Source of the DNA: Gemmatimonadota bacterium
Lineage (GTDB): Bacteria > JBHIER01 > G020348925
Reading direction: 5' to 3'
Length of the DNA stretch: 64,000 bases
Assembly: GCA_020348925.1 (NCBI GenBank)
Contig: CP070758.1
Coordinates: 4,959,775-5,023,774 of the forward strand
The notes beneath the pieces are model-generated. The model ran no database searches. It was not told the DNA's origin and saw only the letters and a list, made by a program, of their open reading frames with translations. The position numbers and the translations under genes were made by a program. This document shows positions 20,233-29,749 of this stretch, piece after piece (position 1 is the first letter of the stretch; each line of letters begins with the position of its first letter).

Positions 20233-21255
20233 TTACGGTGTGACAATCGTCCTCAGTGATTCTCCCTTCCGCAACACGTCGAAAGCGCCGTTGATGTCCT
20301 TCAGGGAGAACTTTTCGGTCACAAGCTCTTTCACTTTTATCTTTCCTATGCGAACCATTTCGATCAACTTCACGTAATCGATAGGGCGACACCCGAGGGA
20401 ACCGATGATTTCCATCTCCCGAAACATGATTCGTCCGGCGTTGACTGAAATGTCCTTGTGGGTGTAACCAACGACGACCAACCGCCCCCCACCCTTAACG
20501 CAGCCAAACGCTTGCTCGATGGTAGCAGGGTTCCCGATGACCTCGAAGGCCACATCGGCACCGCCACCGGTTAGCCTTCGAATCGCTTTTCCCACATCCT
20601 CCACCTCTTTGGCATTGATCGTCTCAACGGCACCCAGCTTTTTCGCCCATTCCAGTTTACCCGGAAGAATATCGACCGCGATGACCGAAGCGCCGATGGC
20701 GGCGGCGATCTGAACCACGTTGATGCCAACGCCTCCGCATCCTATAACCACGACTGAATCACCGGGCTTCACTTCACCACGATTCTTCACGGCGTGATAG
20801 GGCGTCGAGATGGCATCGGCAATAATACACCCCTCGATCAAGGGGATTTCATCTGGGAGATGCAGGGCATCCTTGGCCGGTGCCTTCACAAACTCAGCAT
20901 AGGCCCCATCGACATGGTTACCGTACATGACCATATTCAGGCAGATGTTCTCGCGACCGGTCCTGCAGTAGGCGCATTTGCCGCAGGTCAGTACAGCCGG
21001 TAAGACAACCCGGTCACCGGCCTTGAAATCGGTCACTTTATCCCCGACTCTCTCAACCGTTCCCGAAGGTTCGTGGCCAAGGATCAAGGGCGGCTTCTTG
21101 AAGGTCGGTACCCCATGATCAATGTAGCTGAGATCCGTATGGCACACGCCGCAGGCCGCTACTTTCACCAGAATCTCGTCAGGCCCGATCTTGGGCATCT
21201 CAACCGCCTCGATCTTCAACGGCTGGTTCGGCCCGTGAAAAATTGCAGCTCTCAT
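20233..21255 (-). CDS. Zn-dependent dehydrogenase, probably 6-hydroxycyclohex-1-ene-1-carbonyl-CoA dehydrogenase (Had/BzdX-like)
   Basis: CGVCHTD, LGHE, structural-Zn cysteines CGKCAYCRTGRENIC, GCGGVG, IIGSLGC; position in a bzd cluster. Confidence 0.7.
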   Translation of the reverse strand: MRAAIFHGPNQPLKIEAVEMPKIGPDEILVKVAACGVCHTDLSYIDHGVPTFKKPPLILGHEPSGTVERVGDKVTDFKAGDRVVLPAVLTCGKCAYCRTGRENICLNMVMYGNHVDGAYAEFVKAPAKDALHLPDEIPLIEGCIIADAISTPYHAVKNRGEVKPGDSVVVIGCGGVGINVVQIAAAIGASVIAVDILPGKLEWAKKLGAVETINAKEVEDVGKAIRRLTGGGADVAFEVIGNPATIEQAFGCVKGGGRLVVVGYTHKDISVNAGRIMFREMEIIGSLGCRPIDYVKLIEMVRIGKIKVKELVTEKFSLKDINGAFDVLRKGESLRTIVTP

Positions 21256-21265
21256 CCATCACCTC

Positions 21266-21487
21266 CTATGTTAATATTCTCTTACGCCTTGTAAAAACTT
21301 CCTTATACTTTTTGTAGTCTGACTCAAAACACTCCGTGCATTCGCCGACCATCTCCTCCGGTCTGACCGGCTCAATATGAGTTTCGAATCCCAGGGATTC
21401 ATAGAGATCGACCAGCTCCCTCACCCGAGGCTCATCGGCAATCGACCGACTCTCCCAGCCCCCTTTTTCAAGTTCCTCGCGATTCAT
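21266..21487 (-). CDS. Small hypothetical protein with CxxC
   Basis: 73 aa, tightly packed in the operon; WESRSIADEPRVRELVDLYESLGFE...CTEC...VFTR. Confidence 0.7.
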   Translation of the reverse strand: MNREELEKGGWESRSIADEPRVRELVDLYESLGFETHIEPVRPEEMVGECTECFESDYKKYKEVFTRRKRILT

Positions 21488-21495
21488 GTTGAGTC

Positions 21496-21957
21496 CTAAT
21501 CGATTCTTAATTCCAGACTAATCCGCTTTGCCGGAGCAAATCCCTGATTATTGAAGAATTTCAGTAGGTCAATATCATCCCATCCGACCTGGGTTGTGAC
21601 CCGCTCTCCACCAGCTTTCTTTACAGTTGTGACGAATTCCTCCAAAAGAACCTTTGCAATACCTTGATGTTGATAATCGGGATCGACACCCAGCGTATCG
21701 ATTGTGGCCGTTGTTTCCGGTATGCCAAACTCACCAATTGACACGTTGCCCATGATGAACCCGACAACCTTCCCATCCACCTCAGCCACCAGTGATGTGA
21801 CGAGCTTCTGCTCATCATCAAGAGCCTGAAATACCTTTCGACGTAAATAATTCATCCGTCGCCTACCGGTTATCTTGGCATCGATCCCAACGATACGATC
21901 ATAGTCCTCTTTTTTAATAACTCGAGTAACAATATCTTGCTTCGCAATCTTAGCCAT
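21496..21957 (-). CDS. GNAT-family acetyltransferase
   Basis: SLVAEVDGKVVGF, TLGVDPDYQHQGIA (acetyl-CoA motif A), FFNNQGF. Confidence 0.85.
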   Translation of the reverse strand: MAKIAKQDIVTRVIKKEDYDRIVGIDAKITGRRRMNYLRRKVFQALDDEQKLVTSLVAEVDGKVVGFIMGNVSIGEFGIPETTATIDTLGVDPDYQHQGIAKVLLEEFVTTVKKAGGERVTTQVGWDDIDLLKFFNNQGFAPAKRISLELRID

Positions 21958-21974
21958 TGGAAATCGCTCTCCTG

Positions 21975-24509
21975 CTAAAATAAGTCATCAAGTTCATCCA
22001 CCCCCCCGCCAGGCATACGACCGTGCTCCTTCAGGTGTTGCTGAAGAAGCTCGCTTTCCCTCTTCGTATACATTGGATCCTCCTCGAAGAGAACATACCT
22101 GGCATTTACCCCCTGCTGCAATACTTCCTCCAATGCCTGACGCAGGTTCATGGTACCGGTTATCTGTAAAACTTCCTTCGCTTCATCGAAAAGTTGAAAG
22201 ACGCCACCCTTCTCAGGAACGGTACTCAAGATTTCCGGCATTAATTCCATCAACTTTTCGATCTCAGGAGGAAAAACGACCTGAGTCATCTTTAAACGTA
22301 AATCGCACTGCAGGCACCGCTGTGCCTCTTCAACAGCCTGTTCCCGATTGTACCCCAATTCGATCTCGGCAAAATTTTTTGTCCGCTCATCCACCGGAAG
22401 GCACGGCATCGCTGTTCGCGCGCGATCCGCAAATCCCTCATCTCGACCGAGTCGGGGGTCCGGTTTTTCGAGTTGAATCAGCGTCTCGGCTATCTCACCC
22501 TTACCGCCGAGGTCTCGATCGATGGTCATTGCCGCCTTTCGCCCTGCGGCAATGGCCTCAATGACAGAGGTCGATCCATCAACGCAGTCTCCTCCCGCGA
22601 AGACACCATCAACATTCGTCACCAGCGTTTCGCCTTCCGTTTTGATTGTGCCAACGTCGCTCGTATGGATTCCGGATCCATTCAAAAAGGAAGAATCAGG
22701 GGCCTGGCCAATGGCCAGGATCACCATATCGGTCTCGATCCTCTTCGTCTCAGACTCATCAAAACAGGGCTTGAATTTCCCTTCATCGTCGAAGACGGAA
22801 GAGCACCGGACGAAATCTATACCTTGAACCTCATTCTTCTCTCCGAAGATCCGTTTCGGTCCCCACGAAGGATAAATCTGTATACCCTCCTCCGCCGCCC
22901 TCCGGACCTCCCATTCGTGAGCCGGTATCTCCTCGTCACATTCCAGACAGGTCAGGTGAATATCCTTGGCCCCAAGACGTCGAACAGTCAAGGCGACGTC
23001 GATGGCCACATTGCCACCGCCAACGACAACCACACGATCCTTGACGTCAATCTCCTTGTCAAGATTGACGTCCCTTAGGAAATCCATTCCCCACAGGATA
23101 CCGTTCAGATCGGTTCCCTCAATGTCCAGTTTTTTGCTGAGTGGTGTACCTGAGGCAATGAAGATTGAATCAAACCCCTCATTTCTTAGATCCGTAAGAA
23201 TCTTCTCCTCTCCAATCGGCGATGCGGTCTTGATCTCCACCCCCATGGCAGTGATTTCGGCGATCTCCCTTCTCAACACATCACCGGGCAATCGGTACGC
23301 CGGTATTCCCGTGCGCATCATTCCTCCGGGCTCCGGAGATGCCTCGAAGACGGTCACCGAATGACCCAGTCTCGTAAGATAGTACGCCGTCGTGAGACCC
23401 GCAGGTCCTGAGCCAACAACCGCCACACGCTTTCGCGTGGCAGGAGCAATCTTGATATTTTGTTTCCATTGTCCGTTGTCGTTTTCGGCAGCAAAACGCT
23501 TCAAAGCGCATATGGCAATCGGCTCATCCACCTCACCCCGCCGGCAGACGTCTTCGCACGGATGAAAGCATACGTGTCCCAGTATCTCAGGGAACGGCAC
23601 CTTTTCTCGAACAACAGCCGCAGCTTCCGCAAATTTACCCTGGTTGATACATCGAATGTATCGAGGGACATCGATCTCGACCGGGCAGTTGTGAAGACAG
23701 GGCAGGAGAAACATCTCCCTGTCATCCATTGCCCCTTTATCCATTAAAGCTCCAGTGGGGCAAACCTCGACACAGGCGGTGCAGAATTTACAGTCGGATG
23801 CACTCGGTGAAGGGCCGACTGTCCCGACAACTGCCTTTCCGTCCTGATAGATAAATCCCAGGGCATCAATTCCTCTCAAATCCCGACAGGCCCGCACACA
23901 GCGGGTACATCCGATGCACAGATTATAATCGCGTTTGAAAAGGGGATCATCTCCAAAAACAGGCAGCTCCGTGGGAATCCATCGCGGTGTTTCCTCCTTG
24001 ATCTTAACATACTCCGCCACTTTTTGCAGCTCGCACTGGCCGAACTTCGGACAGCAGCGCTCGTTTTCAGGAACGTTGGTCGAACACTGGGTCAGGCTGC
24101 ATCCCTCCTTCTGGGCGCAGGTGAGGCAGGCGTGAGGGTGGTTTTGAAAAATAACAGCCAGGTTATCTCTTCTTGCACTCAGGACCTTGGGCGTATCCGT
24201 CAATACGACCATCCCCTCTTCAACATCAGTTGAACAAGCCCGATGCAGTCCGTTTCTTCCCTCAATCTCTATCAAACAGAGTTTGCACCCCTCCTCATCT
24301 TGGCGTATTGGTTCCAATGATGTTCCCTTGAAAATCTCATCACCCCGATACACCACCTCTTGAGGAACCATGCCTTTCATCGGAGGTAAATCCGGATGGT
24401 AGCACAGATGCGGGATATAGACGTCAGCCGCTAACGCTGCCTCCAGAATCGATGAACCGTCCTCGGCTTGAATTCCCTTGTCGTTTACTTTCAATGAAAT
24501 CATATTCAT
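21975..24509 (-). CDS. bzdV: BzdV-like NAD(P)H:ferredoxin oxidoreductase (2Fe-2S and 4Fe-4S domains, GltD-like flavin domain, C-terminal extension)
   Basis: IPHLCYHP, HPHACLTC, CIGCTRCVRAC, CKFCTACVEVCP, VGSGPAGL, GIPAYRLP, VGGGNVAID, VFAGGD, RCLQC; next to the bzd ferredoxin. Confidence 0.72.
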   Translation of the reverse strand: MNMISLKVNDKGIQAEDGSSILEAALAADVYIPHLCYHPDLPPMKGMVPQEVVYRGDEIFKGTSLEPIRQDEEGCKLCLIEIEGRNGLHRACSTDVEEGMVVLTDTPKVLSARRDNLAVIFQNHPHACLTCAQKEGCSLTQCSTNVPENERCCPKFGQCELQKVAEYVKIKEETPRWIPTELPVFGDDPLFKRDYNLCIGCTRCVRACRDLRGIDALGFIYQDGKAVVGTVGPSPSASDCKFCTACVEVCPTGALMDKGAMDDREMFLLPCLHNCPVEIDVPRYIRCINQGKFAEAAAVVREKVPFPEILGHVCFHPCEDVCRRGEVDEPIAICALKRFAAENDNGQWKQNIKIAPATRKRVAVVGSGPAGLTTAYYLTRLGHSVTVFEASPEPGGMMRTGIPAYRLPGDVLRREIAEITAMGVEIKTASPIGEEKILTDLRNEGFDSIFIASGTPLSKKLDIEGTDLNGILWGMDFLRDVNLDKEIDVKDRVVVVGGGNVAIDVALTVRRLGAKDIHLTCLECDEEIPAHEWEVRRAAEEGIQIYPSWGPKRIFGEKNEVQGIDFVRCSSVFDDEGKFKPCFDESETKRIETDMVILAIGQAPDSSFLNGSGIHTSDVGTIKTEGETLVTNVDGVFAGGDCVDGSTSVIEAIAAGRKAAMTIDRDLGGKGEIAETLIQLEKPDPRLGRDEGFADRARTAMPCLPVDERTKNFAEIELGYNREQAVEEAQRCLQCDLRLKMTQVVFPPEIEKLMELMPEILSTVPEKGGVFQLFDEAKEVLQITGTMNLRQALEEVLQQGVNARYVLFEEDPMYTKRESELLQQHLKEHGRMPGGGVDELDDLF

Positions 24510-24514
24510 TCAAT

Positions 24515-24802
24515 TTACCAGGAGTGCGTGATGGCATCCTGGGCGCATGCTGCCATACAGGGCAGCGGCGGTCGATTGCTCACCGGCTTGCCGGGCCCGC
24601 AGCTGTATTTGATCTTTTTTCGATGCGCGTCGGTCACCGAGGCGATCATATCCCCTTCGATGGGATCGTACTGATCCTCAATGACCTCCAAAACTTTCGC
24701 CGGACAGGCTTCGACGCAATCGCCGCAGCCGTTGCATTTTTCCGTATCAACTGTTATAAAGTATTCTCCTGACCCGTCCTTATATCCGTAGTTGGCTAAC
24801 AT
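24515..24802 (-). CDS. bzdM: Benzoyl-CoA reductase-associated ferredoxin
   Basis: ANYGYKDGSGEYFIT, CNGCGDCVEACP, C-terminal AITHSW. Confidence 0.8.
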   Translation of the reverse strand: MLANYGYKDGSGEYFITVDTEKCNGCGDCVEACPAKVLEVIEDQYDPIEGDMIASVTDAHRKKIKYSCGPGKPVSNRPPLPCMAACAQDAITHSW

Positions 24803-24820
24803 GAAGTACCTTCCTTTTTA

Positions 24821-25357
24821 AGTCACAGAGACTCAGAGACACTGAGAAACCCAATTATTTTTTTTCAACCCCACCCTACTCACTTTTAATACACAATTCT
24901 TTTAATACCTTTTTTCAAAACCGCCATATTAAAATTGATGAGTAGTCCTACCTTAAGGTCAGAGGCTTTGCAATATGAGATAACTTGTGCTCGGTGAACT
25001 TCATCAAACCTCTCAACGGATTTAATTTCCAAGACAACTTTACCCTCGACAATAAAATCTAATCTATGTTTACCTACTTGCTCATCCTTGTAAAATATCC
25101 CGATCTCTTTCTGTCTTTCATACTTGATTTTTCTGGAATCAAATTCCTTTGCAAGCGCTTGTTCATAAATCGATTCTAAATAACCAGGTCCCAATTCGCG
25201 GTGAACTTCAATTGCCGCGGAGATTACTTTTTCCGTTATATCGGAATGAGGATACTCTTCTTTCATTCTAAATCCTCATAACCACAGACACCCAGAGATA
25301 CTGAGAATCAATTTAATATTATTCAGTATTCCTCTGAGTCTCTGCGCCTCTGTGGCT
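24821..25357 (-). mobile_element. Repeat-flanked GxxExxY insertion unit
   Basis: 9-nt-periodic CACAGAG-type arms at 24821-24848 and 25280-25307 (direct pair) and 25332-25357 (inverted) bracket an AT-rich ORF between bzdQ and the ferredoxin gene. Confidence 0.6.
24886..25266 (-). CDS. GxxExxY protein (PD-(D/E)XK nuclease-like)
   Basis: VHRELGPGYLESIYEQAL, RLDFIVEGKVVLEIKSV, GLLINF. Confidence 0.92.
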   Translation of the reverse strand: MKEEYPHSDITEKVISAAIEVHRELGPGYLESIYEQALAKEFDSRKIKYERQKEIGIFYKDEQVGKHRLDFIVEGKVVLEIKSVERFDEVHRAQVISYCKASDLKVGLLINFNMAVLKKGIKRIVY

Positions 25358-26225
25358 ATTTCTTTCTCTCTTTCTCCAATAATGCCTTTGCAAACAATGC
25401 TCCTCCAAGAGCACCGGCAATTTGAGTGTCGTGTTTCGGTTTCAGGGCCTCGAAGCCGATCTCCTGTTCGAGCCTTTTAACGACACCGGAGTTTTTGGCT
25501 ATGCCCCCGGTGATGGCAAAATCTTTCTCCACACCAATGCGTTCTAACAGAGTGAAAACCCGATGGGCCATGGCCGAGCAATATGCGGCCAACACCTTAC
25601 TCTTCGGCCAGCCCTCTCGCAACAGTGATGTTGCCTCGGACTTGGCGAAGACGACGCAGGTGCTGCTCACCGGCTCGGGTTCCTCTTCGACGTCGAACGA
25701 CATGTCTCCAACCTCTTCAATGGAAACGGACAGGAGATCTGCAAAGACTTCCATACCCCGGCCCGTCCCGGCGGCGCACTTGTCGTTCATGAGAAAGTTG
25801 GTCACTTTACCACGCTCATCGCAATGAATGGCCTTGCAATCCTGGCCACCCATGTCGAGCACGGTGCGCACACCCGGTCCATACATCCAGTTGGCCCCAC
25901 GGGCGTGGCAGGCGATTTCAGTTATGGGCCTCTTGGCAAAGGGTACATTCACGCGCCCGTAACCCGTCCCGACGACGTACTGCACATCCTCCAGCGTCAT
26001 TCCCGTCTCCTCCATGGCCCAATTCATCGCGTTCCGAGCGCTGTCCGGGCTGTCCGATCCGGTGCGCATATTACTGTATGCAAAGAGCTGACCGTCCGTC
26101 ATAATCACCGCCTGGGAACTGACGGACCCGACGTCAACGCCGGCTGTCACGGACTCAGCCTGCTTCCAATCAATGTCAGGCGAGTGCCAATTATACTCCT
26201 TCCATCGCCAGTATTCTTCAGCCAT
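25356..26225 (-). CDS. bzdQ: Benzoyl-CoA reductase, Bzd type, ATPase subunit Q
   Basis: N-terminal YWRWKE, GVDVGSVSS, GTGYGR, EIACHARGA, DMGGQDCK, MNDKCAAGTGR, CVVFAKSE. Confidence 0.9.
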   Translation of the reverse strand: MAEEYWRWKEYNWHSPDIDWKQAESVTAGVDVGSVSSQAVIMTDGQLFAYSNMRTGSDSPDSARNAMNWAMEETGMTLEDVQYVVGTGYGRVNVPFAKRPITEIACHARGANWMYGPGVRTVLDMGGQDCKAIHCDERGKVTNFLMNDKCAAGTGRGMEVFADLLSVSIEEVGDMSFDVEEEPEPVSSTCVVFAKSEATSLLREGWPKSKVLAAYCSAMAHRVFTLLERIGVEKDFAITGGIAKNSGVVKRLEQEIGFEALKPKHDTQIAGALGGALFAKALLEKERKK

Positions 26226-26274
26226 TTCTGCTCTCCTTATTCTCTTTTATCATTCTTTTCTCTTCACTCATCTT

Positions 26275-27054
26275 TCATTTGTTTTTCGCATGTTCTGCCG
26301 CCACTATTGCTGCCCCCAAGGCACTCACATATTCAGGCTCCTCGGGTATGGAGAATGAAATTTCCAAATTGTCTTCGAGAGACTTCACAAATCCAACGTT
26401 TCGGGCCACGCCTCCGATAAGAGCGACATCCTTCTCAATACCCACTCGCCTGACCATCGATGAGATCCGGTCTGCAATGGCATCGTGCACGGCCCTGGCA
26501 ATATCCTCCTTGGCTGTTTTCGCATGGATAAGCGTGACGACTTCAGACTCCGCGAAGACGGCACACTGCGCATTCATCGGCACGGCCTTCTGAGACTTTA
26601 GGGAGAGCGGTCCCATTTCTTCCAACCGAATCTCTAACGCTCTGGCCATAGCCTCCGTGAAGGAGCCGGCCCCTGCTGCACATTTCTCATTGACGGCAAA
26701 ATCGATCACCTTACCCTTCCCGTCGCTTTTGATGGCTCGGCCTTCCTCTGCACCAACATCGATAATAGTCTTTGCCGAGGGAAAGAGAAAGTTGGCCCCT
26801 TTGGCATCAGCCCCGACTTCTGTGACCGTATCCTGGGCGTACTGCGCTTCTTTCATCCCGGCGCCTGTTGCCGTAATGTTGGATACGTCACTCTTGGACA
26901 TGCCCGCCATTTCCAAAGCCGCTGCAAAAGACTGCTCCGCCGCCGCTCTCTGATCGAATCCGCTCAAGACAATGCTCTTAGCAACGATCTCGCCGTCCTT
27001 TAAGAGGACCACTTTTGTATTCTTCGCCCCGCAATCAACTCCAGCCGTAATCAT
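26275..27054 (-). CDS. bzdP: Benzoyl-CoA reductase, Bzd type, ATPase subunit P
   Basis: MITAGVDCGAKNTK, DVGAEEGRA, NEKCAAGAG, NAQCAVFAESE. Confidence 0.88.
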   Translation of the reverse strand: MITAGVDCGAKNTKVVLLKDGEIVAKSIVLSGFDQRAAAEQSFAAALEMAGMSKSDVSNITATGAGMKEAQYAQDTVTEVGADAKGANFLFPSAKTIIDVGAEEGRAIKSDGKGKVIDFAVNEKCAAGAGSFTEAMARALEIRLEEMGPLSLKSQKAVPMNAQCAVFAESEVVTLIHAKTAKEDIARAVHDAIADRISSMVRRVGIEKDVALIGGVARNVGFVKSLEDNLEISFSIPEEPEYVSALGAAIVAAEHAKNK

Positions 27055-27097
27055 GAGAATCTCCTCCGGATGCATTTAATATTTCGTTTCCCAAAAA

Positions 27098-28414
27098 TTA
27101 CTCCTCGATCTTTTTCATATCCAATGTTTCCATAAAGGCATCAATCCTGGCCATGGTCCGGGTCTCATCAAACTCCCGCTCGTCGCCCATATTGCCTTCA
27201 AAAGTCATGACCGGAAATCCGGCTTTTTGAAGGGCCAGCCTGTTTTCAGCAATGCCCACCGTAAGGCCCTCGCAGCCACGGTTGTAATGGAGCATGACAC
27301 CGTTCAGTTTCCATTCCTTGGCGATGCGGATCATCATATCGCTCTTATAATCCGGTGAATAGAAATGCTGCCACTCGGGCTTGCTCAGATTCCACTCGGC
27401 TAATATTCTTAAGGCCTGATCCCGATCTTTGATCTCGATTCCCTTCTGCTGCGGTGTCGTTCTCGGTCCCCACATCCCGTCCTCCTTTACTTCCCACATT
27501 CCGATGAGACCGAAGGTATACAAGGAACCGACCGAGACCGTACCAAATTTCTCGAGATAGCGAAACACCCGCAAGAACCCCCAGGGCGGCTGCGTGTCGG
27601 TCATGACCCGGCACTGCTCGTTCCCGACGGCCGCGATGCCGCGCTCCACCCGATCCTTCACTTCGTCTCTCAACTCCTCGTAGTAATCGGCCACGATCTG
27701 ACTGTGTTTCATCAAGGTACCCAACACGTAGAGGGAATACATGGATTTCTCATCCAATGGAGCCGGGATCGTCTTGTTGAGCGTACAGATCTCGGCCCAG
27801 ACCGATGTGGCCCGACATTCATCGTTGACGGCCTTGATCAGAAACTCATCGTTGTATGTCCGACCCGTCACCTTCTCCATCCAATCGATGCCGTCGTGCA
27901 TCTGACCCACGACATAATTGAGTTTATTTTCTGATAACTGTTCATAGGGATAAGGGCCGACCGCCACGTCGATGCAGTAATGGGGAATGTCCGGCTCCAG
28001 ATCCGTTACCACCTGGTACCATTTGGCGTGGCTGCAGCAGATGTGATCCTGCCAGATGAAGTCCGGTTTCGGGAACTTGCCGCCGAAGGCATATTTATCA
28101 AGAATGATTGAACCCCAGTAATTGCGCATATACGAGCACAGATCCCGGGCATAGCCCTTCCGCTCTACGGCTTCAAGGCACTCCAGGGAAAACTTCTTAT
28201 CAAAGGCAATGGACGCGGCATAGGGTTCAGATGTAATGTTATACACATCCTCACCCAGTCCGGCCGGGATGGCATCGAAGCTCCAGGCCCCCCCCGCCCA
28301 ACGAATGCCACCCTTCTCATGGGCCTGGGCATAATCCCGATAGTAATTCTCCCGAATCTCCTTGGCCCTATTCCACGTCTTCAAAGGTTCGGTCGGATAT
28401 TTTGTTTTCGCCAT
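27098..28414 (-). CDS. bzdO: Benzoyl-CoA reductase, Bzd type, subunit O
   Basis: [53 protein letters not shown]. Confidence 0.9.
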   Translation of the reverse strand: MAKTKYPTEPLKTWNRAKEIRENYYRDYAQAHEKGGIRWAGGAWSFDAIPAGLGEDVYNITSEPYAASIAFDKKFSLECLEAVERKGYARDLCSYMRNYWGSIILDKYAFGGKFPKPDFIWQDHICCSHAKWYQVVTDLEPDIPHYCIDVAVGPYPYEQLSENKLNYVVGQMHDGIDWMEKVTGRTYNDEFLIKAVNDECRATSVWAEICTLNKTIPAPLDEKSMYSLYVLGTLMKHSQIVADYYEELRDEVKDRVERGIAAVGNEQCRVMTDTQPPWGFLRVFRYLEKFGTVSVGSLYTFGLIGMWEVKEDGMWGPRTTPQQKGIEIKDRDQALRILAEWNLSKPEWQHFYSPDYKSDMMIRIAKEWKLNGVMLHYNRGCEGLTVGIAENRLALQKAGFPVMTFEGNMGDEREFDETRTMARIDAFMETLDMKKIEE

Positions 28415-28506
28415 TTTTCGCTCCTTCACAACAATACTTCACATCTGTCATCGAATATCTGCTACCTTTCTCTTTATCCCTGAGCCTCTGTGGGATAAAT
28501 TCCAAT

Positions 28507-29640
28507 TTAAAACAGATCCTCTTCCCTCAACATCTCCAGAAACGCTTCAACCCTCACCTGGAACTGCCCCACAGGCACGGTCACGTCAAATTCGAGGAAG
28601 AGAGTCGGAATATCGTTTTCCTCAAACAGTTTCTTAATGGCCGGAATATCGAGCTCGTGGGGATCGCAGAACTTCTGCTGGATGAGGATAGCTCCCTGGA
28701 CTCCGTATTCCTTGGCCAGATTCAACATGTGAGGTAATCTCGTCCTCTCCGGCCAGTCCTTGGAGGGGCAGGCAGGACGGTTGATGTAGCGTGCTGCGAT
28801 GGCCTCGAGACGGTTCTCGTTGGGCGTCACCTCGTTCCAGAAGTAGCGGCTGCCTGTGCAGTGGTCATCGACGACAAAGGTGGCCCCCAGGGATTCCACC
28901 ATTGACAAAAATTCCGTATCATCGTCCTCACTGCCTAAAATCATCAAGCGCTCTCCCGCAGGCCGGTCCAACGTCCGGTTCTGGAGTTCGTTCAGCGTCT
29001 CCTCATGAATGCGATTGTGCTCCTCTTTATCAATCATCTGGCTTGAAACAACCATGTACATTGCTTCCAGACCGGTGAGAGGCGGATTATCCCCTTTACG
29101 CATCTCATAAATCTGCTTCATGAGACGGCGGTTTTTATTGACCGTCTCTATACCACGGTCAAGATCATTCTCTGTAATGGGCTTCCCTGTCCATTCTTCG
29201 ATCGATTTCTGAAACTCTTTCAGCTCACCGGTCAGGTAGGGCAGCGCCCGCGGACTCTGTATGTGGTGGGGAGTCGTCATGTAATAACTGTACTCGATGG
29301 GAATATGGAGCTGCCAGGAGGTGAAGGCCTGCCTGATATGAAGGCATGACTGGGCGATCATGATGCCGTCCAGATAATCGTAGCGGCCTTTGAGTCCCTG
29401 GGCCAGGCAGTCGCGGCAGAAGGGACAGAACATGCCAAAGATGTGCGGCTCGGTCACGTCCTGGGGCTCGTGGCTGCCCAGTATCCTCACGGGCAAGATA
29501 TCCGCTGCACACAAAATCTCTTCAGGCACGTAAGTGCAGAAGTAGCCCATGACCTTGCCACCGTTTTTTTCTTTCCAATTCTTGACGTATTCATGTCGAT
29601 TGTCGTACCATTCTTGAAACATTTCAATCATGTGGTACAT
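28507..29640 (-). CDS. bzdN: Benzoyl-CoA reductase, Bzd type, subunit N
   Basis: GYFCTYVPEE, HIFGMFCPFCRDCLAQGL, DDHCTGSRYFW, QQKFCDPHE. Confidence 0.9.
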   Translation of the reverse strand: MYHMIEMFQEWYDNRHEYVKNWKEKNGGKVMGYFCTYVPEEILCAADILPVRILGSHEPQDVTEPHIFGMFCPFCRDCLAQGLKGRYDYLDGIMIAQSCLHIRQAFTSWQLHIPIEYSYYMTTPHHIQSPRALPYLTGELKEFQKSIEEWTGKPITENDLDRGIETVNKNRRLMKQIYEMRKGDNPPLTGLEAMYMVVSSQMIDKEEHNRIHEETLNELQNRTLDRPAGERLMILGSEDDDTEFLSMVESLGATFVVDDHCTGSRYFWNEVTPNENRLEAIAARYINRPACPSKDWPERTRLPHMLNLAKEYGVQGAILIQQKFCDPHELDIPAIKKLFEENDIPTLFLEFDVTVPVGQFQVRVEAFLEMLREEDLF

Positions 29641-29749
29641 CCTTTCCTTAGGCTAAGGTTGCAGTTTCTTAATCTCGATAAAATCCTTACGGATGAATTC
29701 CTTTTATTAAATGGAGTTAAGGCGTAAGCCTTTTAATAAAGTTATGGAC

